Shown here: one piece after another, positions 55,948 through 64,000 of the stretch
Layout: every line of letters starts with the position of its first letter
Numbering within the stretch: the stretch's first letter is position 1
Assembly: GCA_963666055.2 (NCBI GenBank)
Contig: CAXWPH010000012.1
Span: 224,001-288,000, forward strand
Source: Acidobacteriota bacterium
Lineage (GTDB): Bacteria; Acidobacteriota; UBA890; WLXD01
Length of the DNA: 64,000 nt
Reading direction: 5' to 3'
The notes under the pieces: generated by a model
The model's input: the letters and a program-made list of their open reading frames with translations, nothing else
Told to the model about the DNA's origin: nothing
The model's database searches: none
Position numbers and translations under genes: made by a program

Positions 55948-58185
55948 CTACCAATCGAATGCGTAGGTCATCTTGGCGGTCAGCGACCGATCGTCGAGAC
56001 CATCGAACATGCCCTCGGCAGCGGTCGTCTGCCGATAGACAAGATAAAAGTCGTCGCCGGGGCGGTAGATAAAGCGCAGCCGCGCGAACAGCGACAGCTG
56101 ATCGCTCACGCTGCTGTACTGTGCGAGCGAGTCGATCAGCACTCGATCCGAGAAGTGCAGATTGGCGCGCACTCGGGCCAGATGGGTCTCGAACTCGCCA
56201 CCGGGTAGCCGCACTCGGTTGTAGCGGTACTCGGGCTGCAGGCCGAAGCGCTCGCTGAACCGGATCGAGGGGCCACCGCCGATCCCGACCCGTGTGCCAT
56301 CGTAGAAGTCTCCGAGGTCAACACTCACGTTGCCGCTGAGCCAACGGCGATTGGTCGTACGCAGGCTGATTCGTGCGTCGGTCCAGGAGTAACTGCCTAT
56401 CGGGATGGTCACGCTCTCGTCGATCTGGAAATCGAAGTCCAGGTGCTCGAAATTTCGGTGCACGCTGAACGTGAGCCGGTCGCCGGAGTCGAGCTCCAAG
56501 CTCGCGTCGGCGGCAGCGCGGCGAGAGACGAGGCGCCCGGAGGTATCGGTGATGTGCTCGAGCGATCCCGTCAACGAAGTCCGCCTCAGGACTGCCCACC
56601 CAGGCCGGGAAGACCATCGCGCTTGATAGTTCTGGCGAATGATGTCACGCCGCAGGATGAAGCCGAGGTCGCTGTCGAAGTCCTCTTCGATGTAGGTTAC
56701 GTCGCCCGAAGCGCCCCACTTGTCGGTATCCCAACCGACGCTGAACTGACCGGCCCACGGCGCGCCCTCGACGTCGCTGTCGCTCATCCCGGCAACAAAG
56801 CCGGATACGAACAGGTGGTCAAAGAACGTGAAGTCGACATCGGCGCCAAACACGCGGTTGAACTCGCCATCGGCGCCTTGCACGTTGGTGAACAGCGCCC
56901 CGATGCTGGAGCGACCCAGCACGTCCTGCTTCCAACGCACCGCCGTGTAGTTCTGGCCGGCGCCAAACTGCGAATCGTCGGTCTGCACGTTGAGCATGCC
57001 CAGGGTCCCGCTGCCGAGCTTGCCGGTGAGCTTACCGCCGAAACGGATGGGGACAGGCTCGCCGTCCGGCCCCAGGCCGATTCGCCGCGAGAAGAACAGC
57101 AGCGCCAGCGGCGGCTGCCGGCCGAAGCCGCCGCCTCCACCCTGGCCACGGCGCGACAGGGTGCCGAAGGTGAAGCTGTCGTTGGCCTCGAGGAAGAACT
57201 CGCGCTTCTCGGGAAAGAACAACGAGAAGCGGGTGAGGTTGACGCGCTGGTCGTCGACCTCGACCTGGGCGAAATCGGTGTTGGCGGTGAGGTTGGCGGT
57301 GAGGTTGGGGGTCAGCTGGATCTTGAAGACCTCGAGGCCGAACTCGCCGGTCCTCTCAGACACCGGATCGTCGCGCTGCTTCAGCGACTCGTAACCGGCG
57401 GTGGCGAACGGCTTGAGACGAAACCGCTCGGTGAGCTTCAGGTTCTCCAATCCCGCCAAGTGCCCCGATTGTGAGATGGCGCGCCAATCGTAGTCGCGGC
57501 CTAAGTTGTTCCAGTTGATCTCCTCGCGGTGGCGGCCGATGCCACGGTCGAGCTCCAGGCCCCAGACGTGTGTGCCCGTCGGATACCTGAGGATGGCGAA
57601 CGGAATCACCACCTCGGCCTCCCAGCCCTCATCGGTGAACGCGGTGGCTATCTCCCAGGCCTCGTCCCAGTTTCCATTCACCTGGCTTTCGTCGGTGATC
57701 ACCCAGTCGAACTTGGTGCCCAACGGGTTGGCGGCGAACATGAAGGCGTTGCGGTGGTCGTGGAACGTATCGAGCACCATCGTGATGTGGTCGTCGTCGA
57801 CCTTGAACGCATCGCGCTCGAGCGACGTCGCCACGATCGCTTCGGGGTTGTCGTCGAACAGCGTCCAGCCGAAATAGAGGTTGTCCTGGTCGTAGAGGAT
57901 CCGCACCTCGGTGCGCTGCGACGGTGGCGCCCCCGCGACGGGATCCTTCTGCGCAAAGTCGGTGATCACCTCGGCCGCTTCCCAAGCGAGGTCGTCAACT
58001 CGGCCGTCGAGCACCGGCGGGGTGCTCGTGAAGGTCGCCGTCGCGAGCTTGGTCTCCTCGGGTCCCGTCTGCGCCCCGACGGTGGGCGCGGCCAGCAGTG
58101 CGCCCAGCAAACCGGCGCAGGCGAGCAGCCGCCAGCCGCGTGTCCGAGACGGGTGTCTCTTGAAGATGGCACCGCCGTCGGACAT
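55948..58185 (-). CDS. DUF5916 protein with an N-terminal CBM9-like domain, probable outer-membrane beta protein
   Basis: 'PVLDGR', 'LDTFHDHRNAF.F..NPLG' and 'NTDFAQVEVD...NLTRFSLFFPEKREFFLE'; C-terminal aromatic residue. Confidence 0.88.
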   Translation of the reverse strand: MSDGGAIFKRHPSRTRGWRLLACAGLLGALLAAPTVGAQTGPEETKLATATFTSTPPVLDGRVDDLAWEAAEVITDFAQKDPVAGAPPSQRTEVRILYDQDNLYFGWTLFDDNPEAIVATSLERDAFKVDDDHITMVLDTFHDHRNAFMFAANPLGTKFDWVITDESQVNGNWDEAWEIATAFTDEGWEAEVVIPFAILRYPTGTHVWGLELDRGIGRHREEINWNNLGRDYDWRAISQSGHLAGLENLKLTERFRLKPFATAGYESLKQRDDPVSERTGEFGLEVFKIQLTPNLTANLTANTDFAQVEVDDQRVNLTRFSLFFPEKREFFLEANDSFTFGTLSRRGQGGGGGFGRQPPLALLFFSRRIGLGPDGEPVPIRFGGKLTGKLGSGTLGMLNVQTDDSQFGAGQNYTAVRWKQDVLGRSSIGALFTNVQGADGEFNRVFGADVDFTFFDHLFVSGFVAGMSDSDVEGAPWAGQFSVGWDTDKWGASGDVTYIEEDFDSDLGFILRRDIIRQNYQARWSSRPGWAVLRRTSLTGSLEHITDTSGRLVSRRAAADASLELDSGDRLTFSVHRNFEHLDFDFQIDESVTIPIGSYSWTDARISLRTTNRRWLSGNVSVDLGDFYDGTRVGIGGGPSIRFSERFGLQPEYRYNRVRLPGGEFETHLARVRANLHFSDRVLIDSLAQYSSVSDQLSLFARLRFIYRPGDDFYLVYRQTTAAEGMFDGLDDRSLTAKMTYAFDW

Positions 58186-58196
58186 TTGTGCGGAGA

Positions 58197-59907
58197 TCAG
58201 CTCTCGTCTTGCTGCTGGCGAGGGGCGGAAGTGCTGAGCTCTTGATAGAGCCAGCCGCCAACGAACAGGCTCACGCCCAGCGCCGCCAGGCTACCGATAC
58301 GCACCAGCGGTGCGGCGCCGGCAAGATCATAAAGCAACACCTTCAGGCCCGATACCGCGAACACCAGAAACGACGATCGTCCGAGCGTGGTGTCGTGCAA
58401 CCACAGAGCCACGATGAGCCCGGCAACGGCGATCGCTCCCCAGAGCACCGAGGTCAGGAAGCTCGCATCGACGAACCACACCACCGCGGCCATGGCCGCC
58501 ACGTGCGCCGCGTACAGAAGCGGCTGGCGCAACCCGAATACCCCCGCCTCCTGTCGCAGCACGCCGTAGCCAGCGTACAGAACGATCGGGTAGAGAAGGC
58601 GCAGCCATCCATCCGCGGGCACCTGATCCATGTTCACATCGCTCAGCACACGCAGGTAGTTGAGCGCGAAGACGGCGAACACCGCCAACTTCGCCAGCTG
58701 CGCGACCAGGCCAGCAGTATTGCGCGAACGCGTCATCAACGCGTACGCCACCACGGCGCCGAGCGCCACCCACGGCGCCAATCTTTCCGGGAGCAATTCC
58801 ACGTAACCAGCGTGCATGGTCACGAGCACGGCATAGGCGCCGACGATCCCGGCGCTGGCGGTCGTGGGCTGACGCATCAGGCGCGTGGCAACGAAGTGCG
58901 CGCCGAGCAGCACCGCCACGCTCCCGAAGGCGATCCAGGGCGCCCACGCTTCGACGTTCCGGTCGAGGATCGAGTACTCCAGCACATAGAAGATAAGCAG
59001 CGCCGGCATGTGGCCGTACGCGGCTTCCGCCTCGGTCATCGGAGACTCGTGCCGCACCGAATACACCACCGCGGTCACCGTGAAGATAAGTAGCTGCAGT
59101 GCCTGGTAGATCGCCGCGGTCCCCCAATCAGGCTGCCCGGCGTCGCGCCAGATCAGATCGAACCCGACGATCGCCAGGTACATCGCCACCAGGTAAGCGG
59201 TGCGCGAGCCGACCCAAAGAGCGTGCAAGCAGAACAGCACGCTCCAGGCAGAGAAATAGATCAGGAGATCCTCGAGATCGGGCCGCCAGGTGGGCAGTAG
59301 GAAGGGGGTCGACGTCGTCTGCCTTGTTTCGCTCTGGCTCGGTCACGTCTTCCGCACCGACATGTACGTTCTGTTTGCGGTTGTCGGCAACCGCGGCGGT
59401 GGCCGTCGGAGCACCGATCAATCCGTGATAAACATGCGCTCCGAAGACCGTCAGGAACAAGATGACCACACCGGCCCCCGGCAGCAATGCCGCGTAACGC
59501 CGCCTGCGACCGGCAAGGGCCAGGCCTAACGCGATGAGGGCCAGCCCGCTGAGGGCCGCCAGCGCCATCTGTCGTGACGGCGTCAACCATCCGGAGTCGA
59601 TCGCCAGGCGAATCAAATACATGGCCGCAAGCACCAACGCGGCGGCCCCGCTGATGCCGAGAACACCCGTCGCCATCGACAGCCGGGACCCGTCGGATCG
59701 TCCAGCAGCAGCCGGCATCGCTGGCTGCTTGTCGGGCTGCGGGGGTGATGCAACCACGCGTCTCGCCGGCGTGGGCGCGGCGGCCGGTGCCTTGGCGCTC
59801 TCGATCGGTTGCCCGGCAGGGGCCGGCGAACCCGCGCCCCCTCGCGCCTCCTCGAGTCGGCGGAGGCGTTCTTCCAGCCCGGCTAGCCGACGCTCGAGGT
59901 CGGTCAT
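58197..59907 (-). pseudogene. DUF2339-like membrane protein gene disrupted by an internal micro-inversion and frame change
   Basis: N-part (MTDLERRL...HGLIGAPTATAAV) and C-part (STPFLL...KVLLYDL...GWLYQ) are in different frames. The missing linker is encoded on the opposite strand at 59314-59388. Confidence 0.85.
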
Positions 59908-60004
59908 TCGAAGCTCCCCCGTCTCTCGTGGAAACGGCGCAATGCCCGTGCCCACGGCGCAATTGCTGCGCTGATCGTAGTCTCCTGCTTGGGGCGCCTC
60001 AACC

Positions 60005-60631
60005 GTGCCAAATGTCGGCCCGTCAGTTCGTCCCTTCGCACATGCCGCGAAGATTGCATGTGCTGGAGGCCTGACGGCGGGACCCCCGTTAAACTCCGTT
60101 GCAGCGGGCATCGCCGCACAGGCTCTGGTGGCCGACGCGGCCTGCGTGATAGAAAGCTCGACGCGCCGCCCCAACATCAAGGGCAATGCGTCGAATATCC
60201 ATGTCTCCAACTTCGAGCCGCGCTCCACGGATGAGATCATCGGGGTAAGGGCCCACCACGCAGAGTTCTTCCCGGGCTTCGGCTCGGCACTTCCCATGCT
60301 CTCCTTCACACATGCCGCGAACGGCAATCGGGGGTTCGACGAAATGACCACCTATTCGATCTGGGCCGGCGGCGACCTGCTAGTGCTCGGGGCCGGTGAG
60401 GTGCTGGCGCAGAACTTCTTCGCCGACGAGTCGGCGGCGGCGCGCGCCAATGGCGATGAGCTCCGGGTCGGTCCGATCAACTGCCCGAATCCCAGCAACT
60501 TAGCCGATCCGTTCTGCGGCACGACGCAGTTCAGCAACGCGATGAAGACGGTCAAGAACGTGCCCGCCGGGGCCAACCTTACAATCGTGCGCCGTGGACC
60601 TGAGCTCCTACCGGATCCGTCCTTTGGGTAG
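60005..60631 (+). CDS. Hypothetical protein or 5'-truncated gene fragment
   Basis: 208-codon ORF with coding-like codons in its 3' two-thirds; no recognised motif or RBS. Confidence 0.45.
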   Translation: MPNVGPSVRPFAHAAKIACAGGLTAGPPLNSVAAGIAAQALVADAACVIESSTRRPNIKGNASNIHVSNFEPRSTDEIIGVRAHHAEFFPGFGSALPMLSFTHAANGNRGFDEMTTYSIWAGGDLLVLGAGEVLAQNFFADESAAARANGDELRVGPINCPNPSNLADPFCGTTQFSNAMKTVKNVPAGANLTIVRRGPELLPDPSFG

Positions 60632-61805
60632 TGAGATTGCTGTAGCTTCGGGAATCGCGCCGAGCCGACGCGCCGATTCCATTACGCAGGCCGAGATCCG
60701 CGCCATGTTCATCGAGTGCGAGCGCGTCGACGGCATCAACCTGGCGCAGGGTACCTGCGACACGCCGACCCCCGAGCCGGTAGTCCAGGGTGTCCGCGAG
60801 GCTCTCGAGCAGGGAATCAATACCTACACCCGCTACGACGGCCTCGAGGTGTTGCGACAGGCAGTGGCGCGAAAGCTGGCGGCCTACAACGGCGTCGAGG
60901 TCGATCCCGAAACCGACATCGTGATCTCCTCAGGCTCGACTGGGGCGTTCTATGCCGTGTGCTTGTCGTTTCTCGATCCGGGAGACGAGGTCATCGTTTT
61001 CGAGCCCTACTACGGCTACCACGTCAACACGCTGGGCTCGGTTGAAGCGGTTCCGGTCATGGTCAAGCTCCAGCCTCCGGATTGGAACTTCGATCGGGCC
61101 GCCCTGGAAGTGGCTGTCTCGCCACGTACGAAGATGATCCTGGTCAATACGCCGGGCAACCCGTCCGGAAAGGTGTTCACCCGCGAGGAGCTCGAGTGGA
61201 TCGCCGAGCTTGCGGTGCGCAACGACCTCCTGGTGATCACCGACGAGATCTACGAGTACTTCCTCTATGGCGGTGCCGAGCACATCAGCCCCGGATCGCT
61301 GCCGCAGATTCGCGATCGGACGATCACCATCTCGGGTTACTCGAAGACCTTCAGCATCACCGGCTGGCGCATCGGCTATACGGCCAGCGAGGCACGATGG
61401 TCTAAGATCATCGGCTATATGAACGATCTCGTCTACGTATGCGCGCCGGCGCCGCTGCAGTACGGCGTCGCCGCCGGCGTCAACACGCTGAACGACACCT
61501 TCTTCGCTGACCTGGCGGTCGAGTATGAGGCCAAGCGAGATCGGTTCTGTGACGCGCTCGATAGCGCAGGCCTCACTCCGTGTGTTCCCGCCGGCGCCTA
61601 CTACGTGCTCGCCGACGCCTCTCATCTGCCGGGCGACGACGGCAAGGCGCGAGCCATGCACCTGCTGAATACCACCGGGATCGCGGCCGTTCCCGGCGAG
61701 GCGTTCTTCCAAGGAACCGACGCCAAGAGATACTTGCGCTTCTGTTTCGCCAAGGACGACGAGGTGCTGGCGGAAGCCTGCCAGCGACTCGCCGGCCTGG
61801 CCTGA
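60624..61805 (+). CDS. Class I/II PLP aminotransferase (start uncertain)
   Basis: 'INLAQG', 'NTPGNPSGKV', 'DEIY' and 'SKTFSITGWRIG'. Confidence 0.92.
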   Translation: MGSEIAVASGIAPSRRADSITQAEIRAMFIECERVDGINLAQGTCDTPTPEPVVQGVREALEQGINTYTRYDGLEVLRQAVARKLAAYNGVEVDPETDIVISSGSTGAFYAVCLSFLDPGDEVIVFEPYYGYHVNTLGSVEAVPVMVKLQPPDWNFDRAALEVAVSPRTKMILVNTPGNPSGKVFTREELEWIAELAVRNDLLVITDEIYEYFLYGGAEHISPGSLPQIRDRTITISGYSKTFSITGWRIGYTASEARWSKIIGYMNDLVYVCAPAPLQYGVAAGVNTLNDTFFADLAVEYEAKRDRFCDALDSAGLTPCVPAGAYYVLADASHLPGDDGKARAMHLLNTTGIAAVPGEAFFQGTDAKRYLRFCFAKDDEVLAEACQRLAGLA

Positions 61806-61845
61806 CGAGCCGGCCGGTGGCGATTTCGGCACCAGTGGTGGGGCG

Positions 61846-62748
61846 ATGATCTCGCCCGCCAAGGCGGCGATCTTCATCGCTCTCGGCCTCGTCGCAACCG
61901 CCTTCCTCGCCGTCTGGGTCGCCGCAGCACGGAACGCTCGCCGCACGCTGCCGGCCTCCCACCCGGCAGCTCGATGGGAATGGCCCGATCTCAAGGAGAT
62001 CACCATCGGCGCGATCGTCAACTTCTTCGACACCCTCGGCATCGGCTCGTTCGCGCCGACGACCGCCGCCTACAAGTTCTTCAAGATGGTCCCCGATCGG
62101 ATCATTCCCGGCACGCTCAACGTCGGTGGCGGCCTCGCCATCGTCGTGCAGGCGTCCATCTTCATGGCGATTATCGAGGTCAACGTGTGGACGCTAATCC
62201 TACTAATCACCGCCGCCGTTGTCGGTGCCTGGCTCGGCGCCGGCGTGGTCGCTGAGCTACCACGGCGCAGCATTCAGTTGGGCATGGGAATCGCCCTTCT
62301 GGTGGCAGCGGGCCTGATGGTCATGACGCAGTTCGGGTTGTTTCCCGCCGGCGGTGAGGCCTTGGCTCTGCACGGCCCGTTGCTGGTGGCAGCGATCCTC
62401 GGCAACCTGATCCTCGGCGCCCTCATGACACTTGGAATCGGCATGTACGCCCCGTGCATGATCATGGTCAGCCTCATGGGAATGGATCCGCGGGCTGCCT
62501 TCCCCATCATGATGGGCTCATGCGCCTTCCTCATGCCGGTGGCGGGTATGCGCTTCGTACGCAAGAACAGCTACGCGCTGCGCCCATCGTTAGGCCTGCT
62601 GCTCGGCGGCATCCCCGCGGTCCTGGCCGCCGCCTTCATCGTCGGCTCGCTGCCACTCACCGCCATCCGTTGGCTGGTGGTGGTGGTGGTGACGTACGCC
62701 GCCTTCTCGATGCTGCTGGCGGCACGCGCCGGGCCGGACCACGGCTAG
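61846..62748 (+). CDS. TauE/SafE (sulfite exporter) family membrane protein
   Basis: 'NFFDTLGIGSFAPTTA', 'IPGTLN' and 'AFPIMMGSCAFL'. Confidence 0.82.
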   Translation: MISPAKAAIFIALGLVATAFLAVWVAAARNARRTLPASHPAARWEWPDLKEITIGAIVNFFDTLGIGSFAPTTAAYKFFKMVPDRIIPGTLNVGGGLAIVVQASIFMAIIEVNVWTLILLITAAVVGAWLGAGVVAELPRRSIQLGMGIALLVAAGLMVMTQFGLFPAGGEALALHGPLLVAAILGNLILGALMTLGIGMYAPCMIMVSLMGMDPRAAFPIMMGSCAFLMPVAGMRFVRKNSYALRPSLGLLLGGIPAVLAAAFIVGSLPLTAIRWLVVVVVTYAAFSMLLAARAGPDHG

Positions 62749-62750
62749 CA

Positions 62751-62781
62751 CGCCACACCACCACCACGGCTCGCTAGTGTC
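62751..62781 (+). repeat. Degenerate solo MITE-end remnant between convergent genes
   Basis: CGCCACACCACCACCACGGCTCGCTAGTGTC is 27/31 identical to 24061-24091. Confidence 0.6.
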
Positions 62782-64000
62782 CTAGCGCTGCAACGTGAAC
62801 GTCATCTTGGCGGTGAGCGAGCGGTCGTCCAAGCGGTCGAACACGCCGCTGAAGGCGGTTGACTGGCGGTACACCAGGTAGAAGTCGTCGCCGGTACGGT
62901 AGATGTAGCGCAACCGCACGAACGCCGAGAGCTGATCGGTTACGCTGCTGTGCTGCAGCAGCGAGTCAAACAGCACTCGCTCCGAGAACGACAGGTTGGC
63001 GCGTAGCCGCACCAGGTGGGTGTCGAAGCTCCCACCGGGCAGTTGGATACGGTTGAAGCTGTATTCGGGGTTCAGCGCGAAGCGGTCGCTGAATCGGAAC
63101 CGCGGCCCGCCGCCAACCCCGAAACGTGTGCCGTCGTAGAACTCGCCCAGGCTGAGGGTCAGGTTGCCGCTCAGCGCCCGGCGGGGTGCTGAGCGCAGGG
63201 TGACCTCGCCGTCGGTCCAGGAGTAGTCGCCGACCGGGATGGAGACATCCTCGTCGATGGGGAACTCGACATCCAACAGCTCGTAGTTGCGGTTGACGCG
63301 AAAACGGATGATGTCACCAGACTCCAGATCCAGCCGCGTGCTCAGGCTGCCAAGCCGCGAAACCAGTCGGCCGCTGGTGTCGGTGATACGTTCGAACGAG
63401 GGGCTCACCGACATGCGCCGCAACAGCGGCCAGCTCGGGCGCGTCGACCAGCGTCCCTGATAGTTGTAACGCACGATGTCCCGCCGGAGGACGAAGCCGA
63501 GGTCGCTGTCGAAGTCGTCGGCCACGTATGTGACATCGCCGCCTAGTCCCCACGCTTCGGTATCCCATCCGGCGCTGAGCTGACCCACCCATGAAGTGCC
63601 GTCGACGTCGTTGTCCTGGCCACCGGCCACGAACCCCGACAGAAACAGGTGGTCGAAAAATGTGAAGTCAACGTCGGCACCGAAAACGCGATTGTATTGG
63701 CCATCGGGCCCCTGCACGTTGGTGACCAGCGCGCCGACGCTCGATCGCTCAAGGACATCCTGTTTCCAGCGAAAGGCCGTGAAGTTCTGACCGACACCGA
63801 ACTGCGAGTCGCCTGTCTGCACGTTCACGAAGCCGACGTTGCCGCTGCCGAGCTTCCCCGTCAGCTTGCCCCCGAAGCGAATGGGGGCCGGCTGCCCCTC
63901 CGGCCCCAGACCGATACGACGTGAGAAGAACAGCAGTGCCAGCGGCGGCTGTCGCTGGAAGCCACCTCCCTCGCCATCACCCGAGCTACGCCGTGCCAGA
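62782..64000 (-). CDS. Second DUF5916 paralog; 5' end lies beyond the window
   Basis: Open to the window end; colinear with the C-terminal half of 55948-58185 (e.g. 'FGADVDFTFFDHLF', 'DDFYLVYRQ', 'DDRSLTAKMT'). Confidence 0.88.
   Translation of the reverse strand, partial: LARRSSGDGEGGGFQRQPPLALLFFSRRIGLGPEGQPAPIRFGGKLTGKLGSGNVGFVNVQTGDSQFGVGQNFTAFRWKQDVLERSSVGALVTNVQGPDGQYNRVFGADVDFTFFDHLFLSGFVAGGQDNDVDGTSWVGQLSAGWDTEAWGLGGDVTYVADDFDSDLGFVLRRDIVRYNYQGRWSTRPSWPLLRRMSVSPSFERITDTSGRLVSRLGSLSTRLDLESGDIIRFRVNRNYELLDVEFPIDEDVSIPVGDYSWTDGEVTLRSAPRRALSGNLTLSLGEFYDGTRFGVGGGPRFRFSDRFALNPEYSFNRIQLPGGSFDTHLVRLRANLSFSERVLFDSLLQHSSVTDQLSAFVRLRYIYRTGDDFYLVYRQSTAFSGVFDRLDDRSLTAKMTFTLQR

Noticed and set aside
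59305-59394. Clean recombinase-driven ON/OFF phase-variation switch
   Set aside because: The flanking inverted repeat is only 8/12, no recombinase is in the window, and re-inversion alone cannot restore the frame.
1-64000. CRISPR arrays, tRNA/rRNA, phage or defence genes
   Set aside because: No regularly spaced repeats, cloverleaf or rRNA signatures, or relevant protein motifs were seen.

Overview
GC-rich, gene-dense bacterial chromosomal segment with about 46 CDSs, dominated by catabolic, secreted and transport genes (peptidases, amidase, acylase, flavin and Mo oxidoreductases, aminotransferases) plus thrA-asd. No rRNA, tRNA, CRISPR array or transposase was seen. Family calls come from motifs recognised by eye, not from database searches. 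Main points: (1) A KamA-type 2,3-aminomutase is transcribed divergently from a five-gene operon encoding a P5C-dehydrogenase-like ALDH, two class III aminotransferases and a CatIJ-type CoA-transferase. Together they fit a proposed oxidative route lysine -> beta-lysine -> 3-aminoadipate -> 3-oxoadipyl-CoA (inference). (2) A ~76-bp coding segment is inverted inside a DUF2339-like gene. (3) A 279-bp CTAG-ended, highly structured MITE-like element occurs twice, with additional solo end remnants. (4) Several decay scars: a +1 frameshift, an 18-codon enolase-family stub and a cyclase remnant. (5) TAG is an unusually frequent stop codon.
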